Origin: Neoechinorhynchus agilis
Taxonomy: Eukaryota > Animalia > Acanthocephala
NCBI GenBank assembly: GCA_051530055.1
Contig: CM121341.1
Coordinates: 10,456,784 to 10,520,783 of the forward strand
Direction: 5' to 3'
Length of the DNA: 64,000 nucleotides
The notes beneath the pieces were generated by a model, which was given only the letters and a program-made list of their open reading frames with translations, had not been told where the DNA came from and made no database searches. Made by a program: the position numbers and the translations under genes. Each line of letters begins with the position of its first letter. The first letter of the stretch is position 1. Positions 50,491 through 62,353 of the stretch are shown here, piece by piece.

Positions 50491-50727
50491 GTCGATATGT
50501 AAGGTACCCGGGGAATGTGATTACAATTATTGTTTAGAAGTCTACACCCGTGATAAATGATTATTTCGATTAAAAACGTTCTGGGAACATCGTCGGGTTC
50601 ATCATCAGTTTGTTAGTAATAGACGCTTTCGATGACCAGCAAACTGATGATGAGCCCAACAAGGTTCCGAGAACGTCTTTAATAAATAATCATTTACCGC
50701 CTGTGAATACTTCTAAACAATAATTCC
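50491..50727. mobile_element. Palindromic hammerhead-like element
   Basis: GTTCATCATCAGTTTG...CAAACTGATGATGAGCCC..GGTTCCGAGAACGTCTTTAATAAA; family flank present. Confidence 0.9.
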
Positions 50728-50853
50728 ATGCACTGAGCTTTTTATGTATAATTCCCTTTGGAAGAAGTTCAAATTTGAAATTCGTAGTATTCGTAAATTG
50801 TTACTTAGATGATAACATTTCTAAATCAAGCAAAAGTAGTAATTAGGAATGCC

Positions 50854-51082
50854 CGTATATGAGCAGGTACCGGGGAGTATATGATTAGAGAATTTTTGCT
50901 TAGAAGTCTCCACACGAGGTAAATAGTTTTTTATTAAATACGTGCTGCGAATCTCATCGAGTTCATCATTAGTTTGTTAGCGTCTATTACTAACAAACAA
51001 ACTGATGATGAACCCGACGAGGTTCGGAGAACGTCTTGAATAAATAATCATTTACCGGGTGAAGACTTCTAAACAATAATTC
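50854..51082. mobile_element. Palindromic hammerhead-like element
   Basis: AAACTGATGATGAACCCGACGAGGTTCGGAGAACGTC; flank GGTACCGGGGAGTATATGATTAG. Confidence 0.9.
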
Positions 51083-52552
51083 TAATAATTAGAAGTTTTA
51101 TTGAAATTTACGGACTCTTCCGAAAACTTCAGTCGACTAAAATCGGAACACCCGGGAAAGTATTTAGAGTTTTGACACAAGTTCATTTGCTTCATAGGAA
51201 ACATATTAACTTTATCATTTGTTGTATTTATTTAGTGTTAACTCACAGTAGCCATGGAAAATCATTCATGATTTGTTGATCGTTCTCGATTTTTGTTACA
51301 AAATGAGCAGTCGTCAGATTTACTGATTATTACGATTTTTCAACGAATACAATTTCGTATAATTGCTGAAAATATCATTTTTGGAATCAACCCAAAACTT
51401 TTGACTAAGATCGTATTTTAACGCGGAAACTGAAAAGCTATTCGACGCGACCTTGGGAATGCTGTCAATGAGGAACTTAAATCAAATTTGCGTTTAAATT
51501 TAATAATATTGTTGGGAATTTTAAAATTTCAACTGTTGCTATATTCGTACCATTTAATTATAAACGAGTAAATCGAATCCAACTTGGACACTTAAATATT
51601 TTACCGATGTGAAGTCATTAGTTGATTTTTTGTAATTCAAGTGAAAGGTAATAGGGTTTATAACATTGTAGCGATTTCAATGAGTCTAAGTTTGGTATTT
51701 TTATGATTCATAATGACTTTTTAGTATTAAAGTTTAAATCTTAAATTGTCGCTTAATCAATCATAAAAGTTTCGGTAACCAATTGATCAACATAAAACGT
51801 TCAGTTCGAAATACGAGAAATTGATGAACGGCCATTTCAATTTATTTGATAATTTATTTTATCTTTTAAAATCAGTCCACGTGCGTTTAAAATTATGTCA
51901 CTAAGATGCAATAAAATGCAGCAATAAACATTGATTTTTTCATTGACATTCGCTGAAATTGCGTTGTATTTTTTTTCGAATCGTTGTCATAAATCGTTTA
52001 TTGTGTTTGAAGATTGAATTGTTCATATTGGTTGTTTTATGACGTAGAAATTAAAATGATTTTATTTTAAAATCCGATATTTCGGCACAATATTGTACTC
52101 GTTTATCAAGGTTGCTTGTAAGTTTTCTACAATTCCCGAGAATTTCGTCGCCATAAAACAACCAATCGTTTATTCTGCTGCGAGCCGATATGTAACAGCA
52201 ATTCTCAGCACTTCATGATAATTCTTTTTGCTGCGATCAGTCGTAAAATATTATCTTGATCGCATCAAAATTTTTATCACTTACTAATCAAAATCTTAAA
52301 AATAGTTATATTCTCTCTACTTTTTATTGAAAACGCTTCGAGTTAACAATTGTTTTTTTATTGCATCTCGTGTAAATATAATTCGTTGACGTGTAATTTA
52401 TCCCACCATTGAAATTTATACAACTCATAAAAAGTATTCATAGAAAGTGAGAATATATTGCATTAGATTAGCGAAGAATAGCCTTGTTTAAATGCTAGAA
52501 GATATACATTTCGAACTATAGAATCACAATTTCAGCTTCAGACAGATCGCAA

Positions 52553-53521
52553 ATGTTTCCAAAGAAGGTGCCTAAGAGGATTAAGCGACATTCAAAATTA
52601 TTTTCTTTAAGGTCTGCTCAGCGTCAACTTCATTTGAGTGCCAGCTCAAGGCATTCATCAAGAGTAGAACGTCTAGCGGGATTACATTTAGCTGAGCATG
52701 ACGATCGACTTAAACATTTCCAATCAATGACACTCGATACAACTGAAAACAACCGACCGAGGCCTGACGACGAAATCTCCTCAAGTCAATCAGTTGTAAC
52801 TGATTTCGTAAATCTTAGTTTGGACAATGATTTCGATGGCGACATATTAACAAACAAAACATCTTCGAATCTTGAGGAATGTGGACAATGTGTTGACGAA
52901 GCAATCATTGAATCGATTAGAAAATTGAATATTTCCCAACAGAGATATCTCAGAGGTGTTGAACAAACTGCGGACTTTGATGCACGTGGACTTTCGGAAA
53001 GTCCGTCAAGTGACATCGAATTTGAGGCATCACTTGACAATATGACCACCCAAGAAGCGATGAGATCCATCGATGTGCGATATGGGTTCCGGATTTGTGG
53101 CCACAATTTTTCATTCTTTAGTAAACCCAAAACTAATAGCAGTCACACCGTTTCTAACGACTGGTCTGCTTTCGCAACTGATTCTAATGAAGACTGGGAA
53201 AGCGATTCAATTTCGCCTGAGGAAGACAGCCTTAGACTTTTTAAAAACATGGTTCAAAATGTAGACGACTACTCAAAGTACTTGGCACTTTGTAAAGCAG
53301 TCACTGAAACAGTATACAAATATGGACAAGAATTGCACGATGCAAAAAGCGTTCTACAGGTAAAAAATGGCGACGAAATAGAGACATGGGAACAAAGAGC
53401 AAGTCAGAATTTGAGGGATAATCAAGTTAGCAATAATCTTACTTCTAAGGTTATTTCAAGTATCCGACTACTTTATAATAACTACGTCGAAGATCACAGT
53501 AATATTGCGAAACAGAATTAA
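52553..53521 (+). CDS. Uncharacterised 322-aa protein (basic N-terminus, acidic Ser-rich middle, helical C-terminus), intronless
   Basis: Long uninterrupted ORF in AT-rich surroundings; CTTCAG acceptor-like site just upstream; AATAAA just after the stop. Confidence 0.7.
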   Translation: MFPKKVPKRIKRHSKLFSLRSAQRQLHLSASSRHSSRVERLAGLHLAEHDDRLKHFQSMTLDTTENNRPRPDDEISSSQSVVTDFVNLSLDNDFDGDILTNKTSSNLEECGQCVDEAIIESIRKLNISQQRYLRGVEQTADFDARGLSESPSSDIEFEASLDNMTTQEAMRSIDVRYGFRICGHNFSFFSKPKTNSSHTVSNDWSAFATDSNEDWESDSISPEEDSLRLFKNMVQNVDDYSKYLALCKAVTETVYKYGQELHDAKSVLQVKNGDEIETWEQRASQNLRDNQVSNNLTSKVISSIRLLYNNYVEDHSNIAKQN

Positions 53522-53896
53522 AATAGCTTAATAAATCATAATAAATTTATCCACCTTTTTTCCCATTGTTTGTTTCTGATCACTAAATATGAGTTTACAC
53601 TGTAGTGTCTTTGACCTTACGATTTGACATTGTTTTATTTTATATCAATAAACCCTATACTACATACACTTTTAGTATTACCTTTTTAACCTATAAAGTC
53701 ACTAAATTTAAAATGCGGGAATTTATAGAATTCTTATTAATCCATTTGTAATCCAAGCGAGCGTAGTACACATTAAAACATACCAATTATTTTCATCACA
53801 TTTTATCTCGGCAGCTCAGAAAGTTAGAGTCGAAGTCCCGGTTTCATGCTTAAATAAGCATCTCAATCTAAATTTTTTTATAAACGTTGGACTACC

Positions 53897-54632
53897 TTGC
53901 TCCACACTGCGCATTATCAGCAGCTTCTTAACTCATGCTCATCTCCCAACGATAGAGCTCGTCTCTTGGCAGTCTCAGCTCCAAACTCCAGCGACTTCTT
54001 GAAGGCTTTCCCAATCACATCTGTTGGCACGAGGCTAGATGATCAGGCCATCACCGTCGCCGTGGGACTTCGGTTGGGCATCGAATTCTCAGGCTCATAT
54101 ACGTGTCGGTGCGGTGAGACAGTGAACGGATCGGGAACTCACGGCCTTGACTGCAAGCGTTCAACTGCTCGCCACGCACGGCACTCAGCAGTCAACCGCA
54201 TAATCAGGGAAGCCCTCTCAACGGTCGGTTTTCCCGCTCGACTCGAACCAGTCGAACTTTCCCGGAACGACTCTCCTCCCATGGTGCTCCGGGAAAATAC
54301 TGGTTTGGGATTTTACCTGCCCCAACACGCTCGCAGCATCCCATTTACGGGATGCCACCTCAAAGGCGGGAGCAGTCGCCAGCTTCAGCGAGGAAAAGAA
54401 GCGGCAGAAGTACTCCTCGCTCGATGGGCATCAATATATTTTCATCCCGATTGCGGTGGAAACACTGGGATGTCTCGGAAAAGAAGCCGATTATTTCCTC
54501 TCACGACTGGGAGGGATGCTAAAACATGCCACCGGCGATATGCGATCCAGCAACTTCCTTTTGCAGCGAATCAGCGCGGCGATCCAACGCGGCAATGCCG
54601 CGGCCATCAAGGAAGCTGCCGAACAAACATAA
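53897..54632 (+). mobile_element. CRE-clade retrotransposon 3' fragment (zinc knuckle plus restriction-like endonuclease), 5' truncated with an internal deletion
   Basis: CRCG..HGLDC, RHSAVN, LEP, then shifted frame LVWDFT, E..K..KY, FIPIAVETLG, QRISAAIQRGNA; the expected RPDG motif is missing at the frameshift. Confidence 0.85.
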
Positions 54633-54955
54633 CATTTGAAGAAAACGAAACTATGCTCATTCATAGAATAAATATATTTAAAATAAATTCGAAAAAATAT
54701 TTCGGCTCCATGAAATTCAAACTACGATTCTACACTGAAGTTTTTTGTTTTTCTGGTGACATTAAGCCCATATTTAACATCGATATTCGCTTTCTGCAGC
54801 AGCAAACACATTTCTGTGTACTTTTCCAAGGTGAAAATTGAAATGTGCTGCCAAACCATAGAATTAATTAAAGGAAATAGTAATTGTTCATGATTCTAAA
54901 TCATCACCAGACACGAAGTGGTAATAAATCCTTTTCAGTATTTCGATCTCTTCTG

Positions 54956-55806
54956 TTATTGTTTCTTTTCCGAAGCAGGCCAACTCCTTAACATAGCAGC
55001 AATAAATCTTTTTCGCTCAACTTTGAACGGATCCGGAAGTTCGATGCTTCTTTTCGCATCTAGGACTTCATGTGTATAATTGTGCCGAATATTTCCTCTA
55101 CATTGCATAGTAGTACATTCACAAACTGTCTCCAAATTTCATAAATCTAACCGCATCACGAAAAGCATATTTCGCTTGATCACTACATAGGCATTGTCTC
55201 GGTCATCCATGCTATCGATAGGTTTGAATCCAATGACAAAATCCGATAACATATTTAGCACTGCGACCTTGTCACCGCAATACTATTAAAATTTGAATAA
55301 AAATGCAAAATTGAATTTTTAAGAGAATTTACGAACCCTGATGGCATCTACGTGCGGCTTAACGAATCCATCTCGAGCAACATCGAGGACATGAACTTCA
55401 GGAATAATCTGTTCGCTGTTCTCAAATACCGTTGATCGAAATCGGTCAAACACAATCTCATTTTCGACGTTCCATTGCTTCTTTTCAAATTCCTTAAATC
55501 CGTGAATTGCCTAAACGAGTAGAAGGTTAAATTGAAGAAAATTTGAGCATAACAACCCACATTATCCCAATGATTATACTCAAATCGAAGGCGGTGCAAT
55601 GTTGGTGCCATCTCAGAAATCAGGCTTTTCGATTCGATGTCATCGATAAAGTTCGGAATGGTAATCAAATCGCGACTTAAATCGCTAGCTATATTGCCTG
55701 CATTTTTGCAGGTTGGATGGAGGAGCACTGTAGGCAATTCGCGCTGGTGATGGTGAAGCTTCCTTCCAACTTTAAGGAAAGATCGTCGTAAATGAGATAC
55801 AAGCAT
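54956..55806 (-). CDS. ALKBH7: AlkB homolog 7 (mitochondrial 2OG-Fe(II) dioxygenase), 4 exons
   Basis: FEYNHWDN|AIHGFKEFEK, VHVLD, VKPHVD (HxD), YCGD..A.L, YTHEVL, C-terminal R; presequence-like N-terminus; three short GT-AG introns. Confidence 0.92.
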
Positions 55807-56584
55807 CTTTGGTTCAATGGAGGTTAATTTGATAAAATTAATTGATTTATAAAAACGCGAGCGATACATAATAAAGGCTATACACCTGAAAATCTGCATT
55901 ATGCCGCTTTTAAATTATACCTTTTAGATTTTCATGATTTGAAAAAAATCGAAAAGACAAGATTTCAGAGTAAGCTAAAATAGACTAATTTATTCCCTCG
56001 AGGATTTAAGATGATACTTTAAAACGACGAGGACTTTTGAATTGTTTTAGCCAGTTATATAGAGCGACCATTAATGACTAAATTAAAATAGGTAAATTCG
56101 GACACATGTCTTAATTTCAATCTGACATTTGTACGACCCAGATATAGTTGATTTATTTGCCTAGCTTTTGCCGTTTGACAGCTTCAAATGAGCAGCTTGG
56201 AAAGCATCAATCTAAAAGTTCCACATTTTTCTTAAAGAGGCGAAAAAGTTGTCTTTCGCAATGTGTTCAGCAATCATCTCTAACGAACATTAAATGAGAT
56301 CGACAAGGTTAAAAAGATTACATGTACACAACTAAATTCAATCGAAAAGCTTCTATTATAATAATAATAAAATTCCGCTATATAAATCACTTCCTTTTTG
56401 CAAGATATCGGTTGGATGTGTGCCTAAAGGAAAAAGCTGAGTATAAAATTGTTGTCGACATGATAAAATTGAAATAGTCAAGACTTTTTGATAAATAATC
56501 ATTTAAATATAAAAAGAGTTATTTTGACCAACAAAAAAGCGTCAGCGAGTTGTAAAACTAAAAGTAGTAAAATAAAACTTTTCC

Positions 56585-56810
56585 TTGGGCACATAGCCCA
56601 CCGATCTGGTTCAGGGAAGCGCATAAAATCACTTACAAACTCTGAATCATACGGTTATGAATTTGTACTCATTTCTCGAGCGAGTTTCCTCCTTTTAGTG
56701 GTATTTTGCCCCTTTATTTACGAGTCATCGGCGATTGTGGATATTGAACCTTTTGATTCTGAAATAGAGATTCGAATCTCAAGTCCAATAGATCATCTTG
56801 ACATAAAACA
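56585..56810 (-). mobile_element. Degenerate copy of the rearranged-hammerhead element family (internal deletion)
   Basis: Reverse complement AAAGGGGCAAAATACC..AAAGGAGGAAACTCGCT..AGTACAAATTCATAACCGTA..GCGCTTCCC..GGTGGGCTATGTGCCCAA aligns with 63440-63722. Confidence 0.7.
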
Positions 56811-57079
56811 TGGAATGTACAAACTCTGCAAGTTTTTAATATTGCGCCAATTATTGAATTATTTTATCTTTTTAAATGTGGCTAGCCGGTTTATTAGCCT
56901 ACGAAATAAATGAAACAGACTAGCCAGACTTAAGAAAGTTCAAAAAATTAAGGTTTCATTCATTGCAATTTATAGGCGGTTTAACGTTTGCTATTTGAAA
57001 AGCAACAAATAAGCCGCTTTCTTGATAAAGCATCAAGTCATTTTTCGGGTTGATAGTCATTCGAAACTGCATATATTGG

Positions 57080-59445
57080 TCATCGTAATCTTCCTCTGCA
57101 ATTCTCACTTCTACAATGACAATATATCATGTCCTCTTTGGCTGCATTGTCGACCAATTGGTATTGGTAATCCCAACAAAGCTCCTCGCCAGCTTTAACG
57201 GTCCGATAAGTAAAAAATGCGATCACTGGCGTACGTAGATCGTAGGAATTCGTAAATACGTTTTGCACAAAGACGTTTGGATCGCAGCTGTGGTTCAAAA
57301 AGCGACCAATGTTGCCAATTTTTAATCCGTCTATTAAATATTCTGATGTATCTTTCAATAATTGGCAATACGGACGACCTTTGTTGAACTTATTAACTGT
57401 ATCCATTATTTTCTTTAGCCTTCGTTCATTCAATGAACGAGAAGAGCGTTTTTTACGCACTTCCAATTCAGAATTGATAAAATGAACAATATCAGATTTT
57501 GATCTCTCGTGGCGCTCAACAAAGTCTAAACTTGCTATATAAGCATCATGTTTGAATCCATTATTTGTGTCCAAAATTTCATGCCCGATAGCTTTTTCGT
57601 AAGAAAAACTACCGCTTTTCTCGACATGGTTTTTAGATTCCGAATTTCCGAAAGGTACATCGATGGAAATGTTTCCTTCGTACACACAAATAAAGCAACC
57701 AGGTGGAACATCGTGGGCTATTCGCACAGCCCACCCTTTTCGTGGTTCTTTAAAAACTTGAAGCTGAACGTGAATTGTTCCATTTGAAGAAACAACGCTA
57801 TTTAAACAATACTCGCTTCGGCATACACAATTAAGATTGCATTCGTAGATTCCGGTAATCACAGCGCAAGGCAGTCTCTTATAATCATAGTCTTCTGCAC
57901 TTATTCCATACTCTATCTCAACATCCTTGTTATAAGAAGTGAGATCATTTCGTTGCCGGGCGTTCATCCCGGTCTCTCGCCGGCAATCACACTTTTCAGG
58001 ATCGAGACATCCGTCCCTGCAATCACATCCGCACAAAAACGAAAGAGATGAACTTAGCATGTGGATATTTCCACTGAATACCCGTTTCGCACAGTATCCT
58101 TCAAATTGCATTTTCTCATCGTCATACTCGTTAAAGCATTGAATCTCTCTAGCCTCATGTCCTCTCGTTATGTCATCTGCGCGATCTAAATCTCAAATTT
58201 AACTTGTTTTAAGAATTCGATCATTTAAAATCATGAAACGTTTAGCGTCATTAATAATGTTACCCATTGTGTCCATCACAACGAAATTGGCTTCAACTTC
58301 AATGTCCACGTCTGCGGAAAACGTAAATTGATCTATGGAAAGAGGAGATGAAGAAACAACAAGCAATTGGAAAGTTTCTTCAGTGTTGAATACTGTCCGC
58401 CCACATGGTGCCGTGTACGAGACATCGCACGCGACATTTCGTCTCCAACCATAAATTAGCGGAATATGAAAAGGGTTTAGAGGTTTTCTAAAATATTTCA
58501 GATTTTGAAAAATCAATCCATTTGGTGACGTCGAAGAAAAGCTGAGGGATGGAGAGCAAATCAGATTGCATTTGTGATCGGGAGCTTGCTTTACTGGCCA
58601 TTCACAATGCTCAGAATATTTGATGCCTAATCTGTTCATTGAGTCCTTGAACGTAAATTTGCTCCTTTCCACTCGTACTCTCCGACCTGTTCCATCTTTA
58701 GTTGGATCCATTCCTCCTGTTAAAATCACACGAGAAGTTCCACGAGAAATACTTGTTTTTTTAGCTGTTTGAATGTGTTGAAGATGGAGCTTCTCGAATC
58801 GTGGAGCGCCTCTGTAAATCCACACTTGATTTTTTTGTTCTGATTGTTCATTTGTATATTCGAGACGGATCATTGAACCGTCCAACTCGTTTACACGCAT
58901 CCATATCCACTGAGATTGTTCGTTTTTTATTCTTAATAAGGACCCTTTACTTGCCTCAATCATGACAATCTTTGGATACCGACTAAAGTAGGAACTTAAG
59001 AAAAGCTCAAAAGCATGACCTAATCCAGAATTGCTTATCGGAATTTTGACTTGACCAATAGACGATACGATATAAACCTTAGAGATGTATTTTACAACGG
59101 CGTTATCAAAAAACAAAAGATATCGATGAGAATTCGCTTCACTTGGTTCCTCAGCAACGATGCCAGATCGTAAGCCTTCGGACACTTGTACAAAATCGAC
59201 AAAGATTCTCCTCGTCGTTATTTAGTCAAGTGGAAAAGAATCTTCGCGCTTACGCGGACGAGACTACCGATCCTGAGGTTATTAAGGCCAGTAGAAGTAG
59301 CGTCAATATCTAAGTATTCGAAGTTCGTAACCGAATTTCTCCATCCGTTACCGATGTCAATGGGGATGGTCTCTACGTTGACATCCAGGTCCGCATCAGA
59401 ACCTGAATCAGCTTGAAGTTCGTTCAAAGATTTTAGAATGCTCAT
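57080..59445 (-). CDS. SETDB1: SETDB1/eggless H3K9 methyltransferase (Tudor, MBD, pre-SET, bifurcated SET, post-SET); 54-nt intron near 58185-58238, apparent 1-nt frameshift near 59220
   Basis: NPFHIPLIYGWRR..YTAPCG (MBD), CGCDCRDGC, GIYECNLNC.C, LQVFK...KGWAVR, GNIGRFLNHSCDPN..VQNVF, GEELCWDY, CHC.SENCRGRL. Confidence 0.93.
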
Positions 59446-59539
59446 CTAAAGTTCAACGGTTAAAGAAACTCTAGAATAATCAGTTGATTTTAGGCAATGA
59501 ATGTAAAAGACAAGCTATGAATGCTTAAAATTGAAACGA

Positions 59540-60133
59540 TTCCACTTTTTCAGCTTTCATAAATACATACAACCAATAGTCGATAAAGTATTGCTCTAAA
59601 GTTTTAGTGCCACAGAACAAATATTCTTCATTCAAAAACCGGAGCTCCATGAGATATTCGAAGTGAAATTCGCCGGTATGTGAGGAGGAACCGGGCTATA
59701 TGATTAGAATTATTGTTTAGAAGTCTTCACACGCGGTAAATAGTTTTTTATTAGGTTCGAAATGTTTTGAATAAAAAAGTGTTTACTGGGTGAAGACTTC
59801 TAAACAATAATTCAGGATTCCACTTTTCAGGTTTCATAAATACATATAATCAATAGTCGATAAAGTATTGCTCTAAAGTTTTAGTGCCACAGAACAAATA
59901 TTCTTCATTCAAAAACCGGAGCTCGATGAGATATTCGAAGTGAAATTTGTCGGTATGTGAGCGGGAACCGGGCTATATGATTAGAATTATTGTTTAGAAG
60001 TCTTCACACCCGGTAAATAGTTTTTTATAAGGTTCGAAATGTTTTGAATAAAAAAGTGTTTACTGGGTGAAGACTTCTAAACAATAATTCAGGATTCCAC
60101 TTTTCAGGTTTCATAAATACATACAACCAATAG
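59540..60133. repeat. ~277-bp tandem duplication (2.2 copies), each unit with an internally deleted palindromic element
   Basis: TTCATAAATACATA..GCTCTAAAGTTTTAGTGCC..GGAACCGGGCTATATGATTAGAATTATTG..GGTTCGAAATG..AAACAATAATTC repeated. Confidence 0.9.
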
Positions 60134-60167
60134 TTATTTTAAATCTTTGATAGGATTTCACTTCTGA

Positions 60168-60385
60168 CGATGTGTGAGCAAGAACTAGGGAGTATATGAT
60201 TAGAGAATTATTGTTTAGAAGTCTTCACACCCGGTAAATAGTTTTTTTTATTAAAGACGTTCTGAGAACCTCGTCGGGTTCATCATCAGTTCTAAAATAC
60301 AAAGAACTGATGATGAACACGACGAACTTCAAAACTTATTTAATAAAAAATTATTTAGCGGGTGAATTTTTCTAAACAATAATTC
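60168..60385. mobile_element. Palindromic hammerhead-like element
   Basis: GACGTTCTGAGAACCTCGTCGGGTTCATCATCAGTTCT...AGAACTGATGATGAAC. Confidence 0.88.
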
Positions 60386-61047
60386 GAAGTCAAATTACCA
60401 TTGCAAAAATTGATAACCGATGAGATTTGTTGTTTTTTTATGCAAAAATTCAATACGATTAGTGCAAAATAAGTTGAAAATCATGGGTTAGAAAGCTTTT
60501 AAAGTCACAATCGTTTCCGTAACACATTACTATTCATAAACACTTAAACTCATAAATGTGATCGAATGGAACGAATTTAAATCGGGATATTTACTTTTGG
60601 CTGTTTAAACCTAAAAAATCAAATGGAACTGTTACTTTTTGCGCATTTCCTCGGTACTTGACGATTAAAAGCAATTGTTTTAAGTTGCAATGTTTCAGGT
60701 GCTTACTAAAAAACGACCATTATTTTTGTGCCCAGCATTTCAACAAATTAAAGCATTTAAATTTTAACGATTTTTTTCCATTTGAATTTATTAATTGAAT
60801 GCCCCATCTAAAACAATTTATATAAAAACATTCATCAATTACCATACCAAAGTCCCTATTCTGATGGATAGTCCGAAAACTGACCGAAGGTCGCGTGCCA
60901 CTTTAAATTGATTTTTGTCTTCAAACACAGAAGAAAGAATACAAAAACATTGAGATTCGTTGTGATCGAACGTTGATTGGCTAATATTATCTAGACAAAA
61001 AAAGGGAGGTTAGCTGAAATGTTTCGATGTTCATGTTTGTTTATGGT

Positions 61048-61375
61048 GGAAAATTGAAGGAGTTCTATTAAATCCGATTCTTTTCGGAAGCACAATCTTG
61101 TAGTTGTTAGACGTCTTAAATCATTCAAAAGCAACCTTGATAAGTTCACGGATTTAATAAAATTCATTTAATATTTCACCGTCGTAAACAAAAAAACTAT
61201 CAGTTGTTTCGGTCAAAAGAACAACTTTTCGAAGATTGAATTGGCGCAAAAGAATGAAGTAATCTATTTAACACGGATCTATATCGTAATTTTTTTACAA
61301 ACAACCTTGATAAATTCACAAGATTGTGCCGAAAACAATCGGATTCAATGAATTTATTCAATTTTTTCTGCCATA
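61048..61375. mobile_element. MITE-like family 2, partially duplicated copy
   Basis: Reverse complement of 20795-20972; second partial arm at 61300-61375. Confidence 0.7.
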
Positions 61376-62353
61376 TAAAAACAAAAGAATATACTCACTT
61401 TTGATTCGCAGGGATTCATTTATTTAGCATTTTAAACTCTTATTTGCTCTATAATAACTGAGTCTCGATATAAATAAAAAAAATTGTACGTTTTAGAATT
61501 CGCGACGATTCTTTTCTCGAATGATTCACTACTTGAAACAGGATTCGATCACTAACTAACCTTTCAGAAAAGAAATCGAATGGGTTTCCTTGGATTTTAC
61601 ACAAATCACAACCTACTCACATTTTATATGAACAAAAACTAAATAACATGTTATTTTTTGACCGAAGCCGATTCCTTCTGCTCCACATTAACTAAATCTA
61701 GTTGACAGTCGGTCGTATTTTTAACTAATTGAAACTGGAATTATGAAAATTCTCATAATTCATTTCGGGCGATGGACTGCTAAAAACGAACTACGCTATA
61801 AATCATCTTTGCTTTTAAAATAAGTCTGCATCCGTAGATTTCTTTTTTAATATTTCGTTTTCTACGATCTAGGAACCGAACTTTACATTGTCTTTCAAAG
61901 TCTGCTATGGATTTTTATTGTCAATAAATTCGATTTTCTTTAGTGGAAGCATTAATACTTACAAAATTGAATTTTTTCATAAGCATTACCGACTTTATCA
62001 ATGGCTTATTGGTTTTTATCAATCATCTGCCGATTATCACTTGCTCCTTCATCATTGAACGAACGAGAGTTCACTGAAATGACAGTCAAGAGGATGCAGC
62101 GTGGCTTTAAAAATGGTTGAGATGCAAGGTGGTAACAAATTATTGTATTTTAAATTATCCCCCATAAGCGATAAATGTCTTTACCGTTTTTTCTTACTTT
62201 AGACGAGTAGAACGCGAAAAGCAATATTAAAAACGATCATCGATGTCATTTTTAACTCGAATTGCTTAAATCTCTTTTCATGATCATCATTGAAGAATAC
62301 AATTGTGTCTCTTTTCTTATAGCGTAAACGTGGCTCGGTCGGTTACATTTATC

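Noticed and set aside
12015-59225. Programmed frameshifting or RNA editing in PTPDC1 (~12020), PHF20-like (~24360), UFSP2 (~25397) and SETDB1 (~59220)
   Set aside because: Each break is repaired by adding one base to a short homopolymer (GG, AA, TTT, AAA), the typical long-read consensus error; no shared slippery motif. Short-read polishing would settle it.
60863-60895. Hammerhead-like CTGATGGATAGTCCGAAAAC
   Set aside because: The core is CUGAUGG, and no stem I/III or cleavage triplet can be drawn.
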